A stretch of 64,000 nucleotides of DNA from Myxococcota bacterium. Lineage in GTDB: Bacteria; Myxococcota_C; UBA6777. The first letter of the stretch is position 1, and each line of letters starts with the position of its first letter. The translations under genes were made by a program, and so were the position numbers. Below are positions 48,787 through 58,613 of the stretch, in pieces. The DNA lies in contig JAKLKB010000014.1 in the NCBI GenBank assembly GCA_023150835.1, forward strand, positions 1 through 64,000, in the 5' to 3' direction. Below the pieces are notes generated by a model. That model did no database searches. It was not told the origin of the DNA and saw only the letters and a program-made list of their open reading frames with translations.

Positions 48787-50019
48787 TCAAATGGTGAGAA
48801 ATCTCAAAGACGGGACCGCGACGGCAAACCGCCCTCCCCACTCGCGCACATAGGCGTGTTGGGCCATCACTTCTTGCGCGATATTCCAAGGAAGGATGAC
48901 CACGACATCAGGTTTTTCTTCACGCATTTTTTCGGGCGAAAAAATGGGGATGCGGCTACCGGGCATCCACTTTCCCTGTTTGGAGGCAGCCGCATCGCAG
49001 ACAAAAGGCAGCAGATCGGGTTTGACGCCCGCATAGTTGAGCAACGTGTTGCCTTTTGCGGCAGCTCCGTAGGCAGCAACGCGCTTGCCTTGTTGTTTTT
49101 GCTCGATCAAAAACTTCACAAAATCATTTTTGACTCGATCAGCACAAATTTGGAAGCCTTGGTATACCGAAATATCCTGCAAGCCTTGCCGTCGTTCTTC
49201 GGCCAAAAGCAGGGGCACGGCCTCTGTTTGCGAGCGAGGATCCTCTTGGTGACAGCCGTAGATGCGCAAACTTCCGCCATGCGTAGGAAGGGTTTCGACA
49301 TCCCACACCCGCAAACCCACAGAAGAAAACATACGACACACCGTAGAAAGAGAAAGATAAGAGAAGTGTTCGTGGTACACCGTATCGAACTGGCATTGAG
49401 CGATCAACTGCATCAAGTGCGGAAATTCGAGAGTGATCGTCCCATTGGGTTTGAGCGCCGTTTTGAGACCTTGGGTAAAGTCATTGATATCAGGGACATG
49501 CGCGTAGACATTGTTGCCCAAAAGAAGGTCGGCTTGTTTTTGTTCTTTGGCCAGACGTTGCGCAAGTGCTTGGCCAAAAAACTCTTTGCGCACAGAGATT
49601 CCAAGCGATTCGGCGGCAGAAGCCGTGCTTTCTGTGGGTTCGATGCCTAGGCAGGGGATCCCTCTTGGCAAAAAGTTTCTCAACAGATAGCCGTCGTTGG
49701 AAGCCACTTCGATTACAAAGTGTCGAGAGGAAAGCGAGAATCGTTCGCAGACCTTGTCGACGTACTCTTTTGCGTGGGCCAACCATCCCGAAGAGACCGA
49801 AGAAAAATAGGCATAATCTGGTCGAAACAATTCGTCGGCTTGGGCGTAATCTTCGGTCTGAACGAGCCAACACTCCGAGCAAGCGAACAGCCTGAGAGGA
49901 AAGTACTTCTCTGGGGATCGGAGTTCTTGAGCGGTCAGGTAAGCGTTCGAGGGCGGTGCAGACCCGAGATCCAAGAAAAGATGTTGGAGGGGTGATCGGC
50001 AGTGTCGACAGATCATCAA
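48787..50019 (-). CDS. NDP-hexose C3-methyltransferase
   Basis: Zn-finger CRHC...CSEC; EVASNDGYLL; NNVYAHVPD; FDTVYHEH; THGGSLR; YGAAAKGNTLLNY. Confidence 0.92.
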   Translation of the reverse strand: MMICRHCRSPLQHLFLDLGSAPPSNAYLTAQELRSPEKYFPLRLFACSECWLVQTEDYAQADELFRPDYAYFSSVSSGWLAHAKEYVDKVCERFSLSSRHFVIEVASNDGYLLRNFLPRGIPCLGIEPTESTASAAESLGISVRKEFFGQALAQRLAKEQKQADLLLGNNVYAHVPDINDFTQGLKTALKPNGTITLEFPHLMQLIAQCQFDTVYHEHFSYLSLSTVCRMFSSVGLRVWDVETLPTHGGSLRIYGCHQEDPRSQTEAVPLLLAEERRQGLQDISVYQGFQICADRVKNDFVKFLIEQKQQGKRVAAYGAAAKGNTLLNYAGVKPDLLPFVCDAAASKQGKWMPGSRIPIFSPEKMREEKPDVVVILPWNIAQEVMAQHAYVREWGGRFAVAVPSLRFLTI

Positions 50020-50078
50020 AACAAGAACTCCGCGTTGCGAATTTGCCCGAACGATCCAAAGCAGAAGCCTTGGGTGGT

Positions 50079-50633
50079 TCAGAAGACCTCGACTCCACGA
50101 AAATCATCTGTGAGAAGAGGGTGTTGTTGATCACGGATCGAGACGTCGGTGATCTCCAAAGGCCATCGGATACCGATTCGAGGGTCGTGATAAGAAACGG
50201 CCCCTTCTGCACGAGGGGTATAAGGTGCAGTATGAAGGTACAGAAGCTCGCTTTCGGGTTCGAGAACCTGAAAGCCATGCGCGCACCCTTCAGGGATGAT
50301 CATCATCCGCTCGTTTTCAGCGGAGAGTTCTTCTGCATACCACTGCAAAAAAGTGGGCGAGCCATTGCGAAGATCGACGGCCACATCCCAAACCCGCCCG
50401 CGAAGGCAGCGCACGCACTTGAGTTCGGCGTGGGGCGGATACTGAAAGTGCATCCCTCGGATCGCGCCTTTTGCGAGGGTACGAGAGTGATTGATCTGAA
50501 CGATCTTACGCCCTTCGAGAGCCGCAGCAAGCTGGACATCACAAAAGAGCCGAGCAAAAGAGCCGCGATGGTCGCCTATTCTGCGGGTCGCTGCGAGATA
50601 AAGCCGATGAATCGGGGTAGAAGAGAGATCCAC
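50079..50633 (-). CDS. rfbC: NDP-4-keto-6-deoxyglucose 3,5-epimerase (RfbC/RmlC family)
   Basis: DHRGSF; QINHS; RGMHFQ; DVAVDLR..SPTF; IPEGCAHGF; DPRIGIRWP; GTG start 50633. Confidence 0.9.
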   Translation of the reverse strand: MDLSSTPIHRLYLAATRRIGDHRGSFARLFCDVQLAAALEGRKIVQINHSRTLAKGAIRGMHFQYPPHAELKCVRCLRGRVWDVAVDLRNGSPTFLQWYAEELSAENERMMIIPEGCAHGFQVLEPESELLYLHTAPYTPRAEGAVSYHDPRIGIRWPLEITDVSIRDQQHPLLTDDFRGVEVF

Positions 50634-50635
50634 GA

Positions 50636-51751
50636 TTATATTTCTCCTTTGGCAGGAGAAGTGGAGCACCAAGCGACCCGAGCGCGTGCTGCTGCGGATT
50701 GATAGGCATTCAGTTGCTCCAGACTCAGAACTTTTCCTTGCGTAAGATAAGATTGATTCCACAAGGCCGTGTAAGCCAAACCTTCATCAAGAGTCCAGAC
50801 AGGCCGCCAAGCCAGTCGGTGACGAGCCTTGGTGCTGTCAAGGTGAAGGAGACTGGCTTCGTGGGGTTGGGCTTCTTGCGTCACTTCCCAGCGCAAGGCA
50901 TCCCAAGAAGATCGGAGTTTGTGCAAGACATCCTCGACTGTGCAATTTCCTTCTGAACTGGGGCCGAAGTTCCAAGATTCCGCACACGAAGCATCTTTTT
51001 CGAGAAGTTTTTGCCCAAGTCGCAAGTAGCCAGAAAGCGGTTCGAGGACGTGTTGCCAAGGTCGGGTGGCCTTAGGAGAGCGTATGACCAACGCCTTGCC
51101 TTGTGAGACAGCACGCAGCAAGTCAGGCAACAGCCGATCTTCGGACCAATCACCTCCGCCGATAACGTTTCCTGCTCGCGCAGTGGCGATCAAAGGGCCG
51201 TGATGGGGACGAAAGAAAGAGTCGCGATAGCTTTGTACGAGTATTTCTGTACAGGCTTTTGAAGCGCTATAAGGATCGTGTCCGCCAAGGCGATCTTCTT
51301 CGCGATAACCCCAAAGCCACTCGCGGTTATGGTAGCATTTGTCGGTGGTAACGACCACAACAGCTTGGAGTTCAGGCAAGCCACGACAACTTTCGAGCAG
51401 GTTGGCTGTGCCCATGACGTTGGTGGACCAAGTATCGAGCGGATCTCGATAAGAACGGCGGACGAGGGCTTGGGCTGCCATGTGAAAGACGATCTCAGGA
51501 CGAAATGCCCCAACGCTTTGATGTACAGCGGCAAGATCGCGTAAGTCGATGCGGCTCTCCTCGATGTCAAGACCAAGCAGTTCCCAATGGGAAGGAGAAG
51601 TGTCTGGATCCAAAGCAAGGCCACAGACGTGGGCTCCGAGTTGTTGCAGCCACAACGCCATCCAACTGCCCTTGAACCCCGTGTGGCCTGTCAGCAAGAC
51701 GCGGCGGCCACGATAAAGATCTCCAAAGGCTGTTATCTCCATATTTTCCAA
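50636..51751 (-). CDS. rfbG: CDP-glucose 4,6-dehydratase
   Basis: [63 protein letters not shown]. Confidence 0.95.
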   Translation of the reverse strand: MENMEITAFGDLYRGRRVLLTGHTGFKGSWMALWLQQLGAHVCGLALDPDTSPSHWELLGLDIEESRIDLRDLAAVHQSVGAFRPEIVFHMAAQALVRRSYRDPLDTWSTNVMGTANLLESCRGLPELQAVVVVTTDKCYHNREWLWGYREEDRLGGHDPYSASKACTEILVQSYRDSFFRPHHGPLIATARAGNVIGGGDWSEDRLLPDLLRAVSQGKALVIRSPKATRPWQHVLEPLSGYLRLGQKLLEKDASCAESWNFGPSSEGNCTVEDVLHKLRSSWDALRWEVTQEAQPHEASLLHLDSTKARHRLAWRPVWTLDEGLAYTALWNQSYLTQGKVLSLEQLNAYQSAAARARVAWCSTSPAKGEI

Positions 51752-52506
51752 GGAGCCTCCCCTTTTTGCCAGAGATCTTCGAGCAAAGTTTTGTCGCGCA
51801 GGGTATCCATCGGTTGCCAGAAGCCGTTGTGTTGAAAAGCGGAGAGTTGGCCGTCGCTGGCCAATTTTTCGAGAGGCGTTCGTTCCCAGATGGTGTTGTC
51901 GTCGTCGATATAGTCCAACACGGCAGGGGAAAGCACGAAGAATCCGCCGTTGATGAACGCGCCGTCACCTTGCGGTTTTTCACGGAAACCTTTGATCTTT
52001 CCGTGATGGATGTCCAACAAACCGAAGCGCCCGGGAGGTTGAACGGAAGTGACGGTCGCAAAGGTTTGCTGCTTTTTGTGGAATTGGATCAGAGAGGTGA
52101 TATCGACGTCTGCGACACCGTCTCCGTAGGTAAAGCAGAAGTCTTCGCCTTGTGCTAAGTAGCGTGCGACGCGTTTGAGGCGCCCTCCCGTCATGGTACT
52201 GAGTCCTGTGTCCACAAGCGTGACACGCCAAGGTTCGGCATTGGCTTCGTGAACTTCCATGCGATTGGTGGACATATCGAACGTGACATCGGACATATGC
52301 AAGAAGTAATTCGCGAAATACTCTTTAATCATGTAGCCTTTGTAGCCTAGGCACACAATGAAGTCGTTGACTTGATGTTGCGAATAAATCTTCATGATAT
52401 GCCAGAGGATAGGCATTCCACCGATCTCGACCATGGGTTTGGGGCGGAGTTGCGATTCTTCTGAGATGCGCGTTCCATAACCTCCAGCAAGGATCACAGC
52501 TTTCAT
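51733..52506 (-). CDS. rfbF: Glucose-1-phosphate cytidylyltransferase
   Basis: [63 protein letters not shown]. Confidence 0.96.
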   Translation of the reverse strand: MKAVILAGGYGTRISEESQLRPKPMVEIGGMPILWHIMKIYSQHQVNDFIVCLGYKGYMIKEYFANYFLHMSDVTFDMSTNRMEVHEANAEPWRVTLVDTGLSTMTGGRLKRVARYLAQGEDFCFTYGDGVADVDITSLIQFHKKQQTFATVTSVQPPGRFGLLDIHHGKIKGFREKPQGDGAFINGGFFVLSPAVLDYIDDDNTIWERTPLEKLASDGQLSAFQHNGFWQPMDTLRDKTLLEDLWQKGEAPWKIWR

Positions 52507-53117
52507 CTTTTGTCCGCTCGTACTCTCAAGTGGTTTCACTTTGTTGAATGAAAGGGGTTTGTGCGATTATTTGGGCGATGGTGAAGATATCTGTTGGTGT
52601 CTTTTCGCAAAAAGACCGACTGATGAGGTTCAACGCGATCTAGGCGGCTTGATGCCTTTTGTTGTTCGCGGTCTCTTGGGCTTTGTTCGTTGGAGACTGT
52701 TCTTGTGGTTGCTGCTTCCCATGCGCATCGCCGCAGCGTATAGCAAATGCCCTCGGCCTTGTCAACACGAACAAGCGATCTCCGCCTCTGTATGCGGGTA
52801 TACGCTTAGCGGTAGAAATATCACACTCTCTGTCAACGCGTATTTACTCCCCCGTTTTGGCGAAAACCGCTCCAAACGATACCGCTCGACGTTGGCCAAA
52901 GACACCCCTTCGAAGAAGAAGCAAGCTGCCTCCCTCACAAAAAAATGTTGTCAACTGAAACACGTTCTATTCGATACTAAGAGGGCGTTGCAAGGCGAGG
53001 CAATGACGATAACGTATTCTCGCACTTTGACTCCTTCCACATCTTTGTTCACCTTCTTTGCTCATCCACAAGCAATAGAAAATACATTTTTTCGTGCAAA
53101 GAAAAGGGATATTTCTT

Positions 53118-55943
53118 ATGCGCATCCTGCACAAATATACGCTTACAGCATTCGTTCTCGGAAGTTGGCTATGGCAGGCCGCTTGTGTTGAACAAACGGG
53201 CCGAAGTTGCCGCTATAACACAGATTGTATTGATAGCGCGCCGAAGATTTACTGCGATCCACAGCGCGGGATCTGTGTTGGGCAAGTGACCGAATGCACA
53301 CCCGGCGCTGTCGAGTCCTGTTATGACGGCCCGCCCGAAACAGCCAAGTATGCGCCTTGTCGTGCAGGACAACGCTTTTGTTTGCAAAATGGCCGCTGGT
53401 CGGCCTGTCGTGATGCCGTGTATCCAAGCCGTGAGATCTGTGATCGCCAAGACAACGACTGCAACGGCAAGATCGATGATGTGGAAGGTGTACCCACAGA
53501 TCCCAACCAACCCCATCCTTGTCAATGTTACGCCCCCGGCTCTCGGCGCGGCTGTTACAGCGGCCCGAAGACGACTTACGAAGCCTCCGAAGGTCGCACC
53601 CGTGGCAGTTGTCAAATCGGCGTTCAATTTTGCGAAGCAGACGGGCAAGGCAAGAACTGGTGGGGCCGATGCTACGACCAATTGCTGCCAAGCGCCGAGA
53701 TCTGCGATGGCCAAGACAACGATTGCAACGGCAAGATCGACGATCACCGTTCTTGTACTTGCACCGCAGGCGAAACGCGGCCTTGTTATCCCGGGGATCC
53801 GCGATTTGCGGATGTGGGCAACTGCAAGCGAGGTGTCCAAAGCTGCGGAACAGATGGGCAATGGGAAACCACGTGCAAAGGTGCGATCTTGCCGAAGTTA
53901 TGGGACGAATGTGGCGGGGGCGATCAAGATTGCGATGGCAAGGTCGACGAAGAATGCAACTGCCAAGGTGTCTTGTGTACCCCCAACACCTGCATCAACA
54001 CCGAGACTTGGAACGACCAACACTGCGGCGCTTGCAACAACCCTTGCACAAGCGCCCAACGCTGCGAGCGCGATCCGCTGTGCAAAAGCGATGATCCCTT
54101 TTGTGCTTTCCAATGCGTCTGCAAGTCTGACGCGATCCTGTGCAACGGAGCGTGCGTTGACACCAAACAAAACCCCCAGCACTGCGGCGCTTGCAACAAC
54201 TCTTGTGCTGTTGGCTCGGTCTGTGAGCAAGGCAAATGCACCCAAACAACGCCCTCCTGTCCCGCTGGAACCACCCGTTGCATCGAAGATTGCGTCAATC
54301 TCCAAGAAAGCAACCAACACTGTGGCGCTTGCAACAACCCATGCCCCACAAAACAACGTTGCGAAAAAGGCCGATGCACCGATTCAACGGGCACCTGCTC
54401 CTCGGGGCAAGAGCTTTGCGGCGGAGCTTGCGTCAACCTCCAAGAAAACAACCTACATTGCGGCGTTTGTGGGAAGGCTTGCTCTGCTGGGCAAGACTGC
54501 GTTTCAAGCCGCTGCTTGTGGATCTGCGAACAAGGCCAGACTTACTGCCCGAGCGGATGTGTTGCGCTTTACCAAGACAACAATCACTGCGGCGGATGCG
54601 GGTTGGCGTGCAGCGTGAACCAAGATTGCGTTCAAGCCCGTTGTACCGAGCGTTGGAGCCTTGGTATCGGCGGAAGCGGGATCGAACATCTCCATGCGAT
54701 GGTTGCAGACGACGCAGGAAACTTGTTGCTGGTGGGCCGTTTTACAGGAAACCTCGCGGCATACAATCTCCAAACCACAGGCGGTAGTGATGCTTTCGTG
54801 ATCAAGATCACTCCCGATCAAAAGGTCGTATGGGCCAAAAAGCTCGGGGGTCTAGGAGAGGACACCGCCAAAAGCATCGCTCTCGATCGCCAAGGCAACC
54901 TCTACATCGCAGGATCTTTTGAGCAAACCCTCGAAGTGAACGGAAAGACCGTCGTCTCAAACGGAGCCAAAGACGCTTTTTGGCTGAAAATGGATCCCAC
55001 CAACGGAGAGGTGTTGTGGATCTACCGAGGCGGCGGAAAAGAAGACGATGAAGCCGATAGCATCGCAGTTTCCAGCAACGGTGACATCTATTTGACTGGC
55101 ACTTTCCAAGGCGAAGCCACTTTTTACGACAACACGATCGGCCCCCTTCAAGCCGACAAGTTCAAAGATATCTTTTTGATCAAGGCCAACTCCCAAGGCC
55201 TCCCCTTGTGGCTGCGCAAAGTCAGTGGACCCGCCAGCAACGAAAACCCCCGCGTGATCATCAGCACCAACCAAGATCCCGTTTTGTTCGGTGGTTTCCG
55301 TGCAACGGCGCAGATCCACGGGATCACCCTGCAAGCCGACAAAGTCGATATCTTTGTGGCGCGTTTCGATCCCCAAGGCAAAGTCTTGTGGGCCAAAAAA
55401 GCAGGCGGCATCGAGGACGATTACGCCACCGCCGCGCTGGCCTTACCCGACCACAGCATCGTCCTTGCGGGCCACTTCAAACAGACCGCTCAATTTGGCG
55501 CGCATCGCCTCGCTGCGATGGGCAACAACGCCGATATCTTTTTGGCACGCCTCCAGCCCGACGGAAACTTCGCATGGGCCGAGCGTTTTGGAGGCGACGG
55601 GCGCGAAGAAGTCGGGGCCATCGCCCCCCATCCCAAAGGGATATCGGTGGTCGGCTATTACAACGGTAATTCGGGTTTTGGCAGTTTCCGCTTCCCCCTC
55701 AACCAAGGCGTCAACGACAACAACGCGTTTGTCGCGACCTTTTCCCTCTCCACGCAATCCAAACCGACCGTCCTCTGGGCTGTTGGGACAGGCGGTGTCG
55801 ATCTCGAACAACCCACCGCTCTCGCTCGCTACAACGCCTCTTTGTACGTTGGCGGCGTCTTTGAAAAACAAGCCTCCCTGCTCGGTCAGACACTTTTGAG
55901 CCAAGGCGATCGCGATATCTTCGTGTGGCGGCTCTCCGAATAA
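53118..55943 (+). CDS. Secreted or lipid-anchored Cys-rich repeat protein with C-terminal beta-propeller
   Basis: Signal ending QAAC; 3 x EICD.QDNDCNGKIDD-type motifs; 5 x HCGxC repeats; SBBP-like blades (D..GN.Y..G.F...D.F..K). Confidence 0.82.
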   Translation: MRILHKYTLTAFVLGSWLWQAACVEQTGRSCRYNTDCIDSAPKIYCDPQRGICVGQVTECTPGAVESCYDGPPETAKYAPCRAGQRFCLQNGRWSACRDAVYPSREICDRQDNDCNGKIDDVEGVPTDPNQPHPCQCYAPGSRRGCYSGPKTTYEASEGRTRGSCQIGVQFCEADGQGKNWWGRCYDQLLPSAEICDGQDNDCNGKIDDHRSCTCTAGETRPCYPGDPRFADVGNCKRGVQSCGTDGQWETTCKGAILPKLWDECGGGDQDCDGKVDEECNCQGVLCTPNTCINTETWNDQHCGACNNPCTSAQRCERDPLCKSDDPFCAFQCVCKSDAILCNGACVDTKQNPQHCGACNNSCAVGSVCEQGKCTQTTPSCPAGTTRCIEDCVNLQESNQHCGACNNPCPTKQRCEKGRCTDSTGTCSSGQELCGGACVNLQENNLHCGVCGKACSAGQDCVSSRCLWICEQGQTYCPSGCVALYQDNNHCGGCGLACSVNQDCVQARCTERWSLGIGGSGIEHLHAMVADDAGNLLLVGRFTGNLAAYNLQTTGGSDAFVIKITPDQKVVWAKKLGGLGEDTAKSIALDRQGNLYIAGSFEQTLEVNGKTVVSNGAKDAFWLKMDPTNGEVLWIYRGGGKEDDEADSIAVSSNGDIYLTGTFQGEATFYDNTIGPLQADKFKDIFLIKANSQGLPLWLRKVSGPASNENPRVIISTNQDPVLFGGFRATAQIHGITLQADKVDIFVARFDPQGKVLWAKKAGGIEDDYATAALALPDHSIVLAGHFKQTAQFGAHRLAAMGNNADIFLARLQPDGNFAWAERFGGDGREEVGAIAPHPKGISVVGYYNGNSGFGSFRFPLNQGVNDNNAFVATFSLSTQSKPTVLWAVGTGGVDLEQPTALARYNASLYVGGVFEKQASLLGQTLLSQGDRDIFVWRLSE

Positions 55944-55954
55944 GATAGAACTTA

Positions 55955-56336
55955 GACGAAATCCGAGTGATGTACACAACGAAGAAGAGTGCGGATTTCG
56001 CCCTATTCTTGGGCAGCCACAGGGGGCTGCCCCTACATTCTTACGATCACACACCCTGCGGATTCCGCCCTATTCTTGGGCAGCCACAGGGGGCTGCCCC
56101 ACCATTCTTACGATCACACACTCTGCGGATTTCGCCCTATTCTTGGGCAGCCACAGGGGGCTACCCCACCATTTTTACGATCACACACTCTGCGGATTTC
56201 GCCCTATTCTTGGGCAGCCACAGGGGGCTGCCCCTACATTTTACGATCACACACCCTGCGGATTTCGCCCTATTCTTGGGCAGCCACAGGGGGCTGCCCC
56301 TACATTTTTACGATCACACACCCTGCGGATTTCGTA
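55955..56336 (-). mobile_element. Inverted copy of the REP-containing MITE-like element with a five-fold internal amplification (66-67 bp unit)
   Basis: Ends gacgaaatccg and cggatttcgta; units start at 55990, 56057, 56124, 56191 and 56257, each with a gggcagccacagggggctgccc-type hairpin. Confidence 0.8.
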
Positions 56337-56352
56337 TCACGCATTTGGACAC

Positions 56353-56405
56353 GTTTTGTGGGGTGTCACCCCACGCCCTACAAGGGAGATCGGCTCCCTT
56401 GACCC
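56353..56405. repeat. Dispersed two-hairpin repeat, copy 2
   Basis: gtggggtgtcaccccac and caagggag-atcgg-ctcccttg; similar to 30813-30864. Confidence 0.7.
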
Positions 56406-56428
56406 TGTGTTTGGCTCGGCTGTTTACT

Positions 56429-58465
56429 TCAGTCATCCAAAGCCCAGACATCGATCAAGGGGCAGTCTTCAGCGGCCTTGAGCCACTCTTCGATATAGCG
56501 GCCCGCCTCGGATTGACGGCTTGGATCGAGCAAGATATCCCACAAAAAGCGAGAGGGTCGAGAAGCGGTCCAACGCCCACGGGACGGGCTTTCTTGGCGA
56601 AACAGCAGGAAAAGTTGTTCACGGGCGCGGGTGCAGGCGACGTAAAAAAGCCGCCGTTCCTCTTCGTCGCTGCCTTCTTCGATCGCACGAAAGAAAGGGA
56701 AGGAGCCTTCGACAAGATTCAACACAAAGACGATATCCCATTCGAGTCCTTTGGCCTGATGGATGGTGCTGAGGATGATCGGGGATTGTTCTTCGGAGGG
56801 TTCTTGGGTGGAGGGATCGACCTCTCCAAACAACACCAGCTCGTCCAAAAAAGATTGAAGATTTGGGTAGTTGTAGGCGTATGTCGCAAGTTGGACGATA
56901 TCTTCGCCACGCCGCTGGGCGTTGTCGAAGGTATTTTGGAGGTAATCTTCGTATTCTTGCTCATAAAACAAACGGATGATCTCGTTTGGCTTTTGTTCGC
57001 GCTGGATCTCGCGTGATTCTTCGATCAAGCGAAGCAGCCAATGGACAGCATCACGAGCCGCTTTGGGGAGTTTTTTGGTCCAGTTTTCTTCGGCAAGAGC
57101 GGCCAGATCGAAGCCGCGCTCTTCGAGTCTTTGGCTGATCTTTTTGACGGAGGCAGCCCCGACCCCTTTGAAGATCGGGAGCAAACGCTGCCAAGAAAGC
57201 AGATCTTGGGCATTGTTCAAGATCCGCAAAAAAGCGATCACGTCCTTGATGTGGGCTTGTTCAAAGAAGCGGACGCCCGAACGTAAAGAAAAAGGCAGGC
57301 CCGCTTTTTGGAGCGCGATCTGGGTTTCGAGCGAGTGGCTGTGGATGCGATAAAGGATCGCGATCCGATCCAAAGGAACGCCCGAAGCGTGGAGTTCTTG
57401 GATGTGTTGGGCAAGAAAAGCAGCTTCTTGACGGGCATCCCGACAAGATACCACAACAGGCACATCTCCCGTGTTTCGGACGGCTTGGAGTTGTTTTTTG
57501 AATTGGTAAGTGTTGTGAGCGATCACATGGTTGCTTAGATCGAGGATCTCGGGGACGCTGCGATAGTTTTGTTGGAGATAACAGACCTTGGCATCGGGAT
57601 ATTGGTTAGGGAAGTCGAGGATATGGCGGGCTTCGGCACCTCGAAAGCTATAGATGCTTTGGGCATCATCACCGACGACCGTCAGGTTGCGATGAACAGA
57701 GGCCATCCGCTCGATGATACGGGCTTGGATCGGATTGGTGTCTTGGAACTCATCGACCAAGATATGCAAGAATTGTTGTGCGTATTCTTGGCGGATATCG
57801 CTGTGTTGATCGAGCAGTTGCAGCCAAAACAGCAAGAGATCATCAAAATCCATCGCATTGAGGGCGAGTTTGCGCTCTTGGTAATGGGAAAAGACTTCGC
57901 GCAGTTCGCCTGTGATCGGTTCAAAGCGCGGCTGGTGACGTTCGATGATCGCATCGAGCGCCTTTTCAGTGGAGATGCAAAGGCCAAAGAGTTCGCAAAG
58001 TGCGCGCCCTGTGGGAAAACGCCCGCCTTCTTGGGAGAAAGAACACTCTTCGATCACTTGGTCGAGCAGATGAGTGCTGTCCTCACGATCGAGGATGGTA
58101 AAATTGCAGCCAAAGCCCAAGCGTCCCGCATGGCGGCGCAATATCTTGTTCGCGATATGATGGAATGTCCCCGCCCACATCGAATCCACCGAGCGATCCA
58201 ACACGGTTTGAACGCGAGTGACCATCTCACGGGCGGCTTTGTTGGTGAACGTACACAAGAGGATGCGCTCGACAGGGACGCCCTCGTGGACAAGACGAGC
58301 GACGCGATACGTCAAGGCGCGGGTCTTTCCGCTGCCCGCTCCTGCGATCACCAACAAAGGACCGCCCTCTGCAAAGGCGACAGCTTGTTGTTCTTCGCTC
58401 AGTTCGCGGCGCATCTGCTCACGGATCTTTTCGACAGTTGGTGTTCGCAGTTGGTATCGTTTCAA
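56429..58465 (-). CDS. ATP-dependent DNA helicase, UvrD/PcrA family
   Basis: AGAGSGKT; TFTNKAA; LVDEFQDTN; VGDDAQSIYSFRGA; NYRS; STIHQAKGLEW; EERRLFYVACTRA; TTG start after ggagg. Confidence 0.95.
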   Translation of the reverse strand: MKRYQLRTPTVEKIREQMRRELSEEQQAVAFAEGGPLLVIAGAGSGKTRALTYRVARLVHEGVPVERILLCTFTNKAAREMVTRVQTVLDRSVDSMWAGTFHHIANKILRRHAGRLGFGCNFTILDREDSTHLLDQVIEECSFSQEGGRFPTGRALCELFGLCISTEKALDAIIERHQPRFEPITGELREVFSHYQERKLALNAMDFDDLLLFWLQLLDQHSDIRQEYAQQFLHILVDEFQDTNPIQARIIERMASVHRNLTVVGDDAQSIYSFRGAEARHILDFPNQYPDAKVCYLQQNYRSVPEILDLSNHVIAHNTYQFKKQLQAVRNTGDVPVVVSCRDARQEAAFLAQHIQELHASGVPLDRIAILYRIHSHSLETQIALQKAGLPFSLRSGVRFFEQAHIKDVIAFLRILNNAQDLLSWQRLLPIFKGVGAASVKKISQRLEERGFDLAALAEENWTKKLPKAARDAVHWLLRLIEESREIQREQKPNEIIRLFYEQEYEDYLQNTFDNAQRRGEDIVQLATYAYNYPNLQSFLDELVLFGEVDPSTQEPSEEQSPIILSTIHQAKGLEWDIVFVLNLVEGSFPFFRAIEEGSDEEERRLFYVACTRAREQLFLLFRQESPSRGRWTASRPSRFLWDILLDPSRQSEAGRYIEEWLKAAEDCPLIDVWALDD

Positions 58466-58613
58466 GCTCGCTCCTCCAAAAGCCCAATTCCTCGGCACTC
58501 TTGACAGGTTGTGGTGGATTGTTCTATCGGTCTTTTTTGTTGTACTGCAAAGCGCAGCATCATGTCACGACTTGGCGAGACAAACAACGCCACAAGCCTC
58601 CGAGGAGACCAAG

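Noticed and set aside
52507-53117. JUMPstart/ops element or coding ORFs upstream of rfbF
   Set aside because: No ggcggtag ops match on the - strand, and the short ORFs lack motifs and typical codon usage.
55990-56336. 67-bp period array as CRISPR or a guide-RNA array
   Set aside because: The period is CRISPR-like, but the whole unit is conserved, there are no variable spacers, and it matches the dispersed REP/MITE family.
55967-57016. 349-aa and shorter + strand ORFs over the repeat array
   Set aside because: They are translations of the tandem repeat plus the antisense of the helicase gene.
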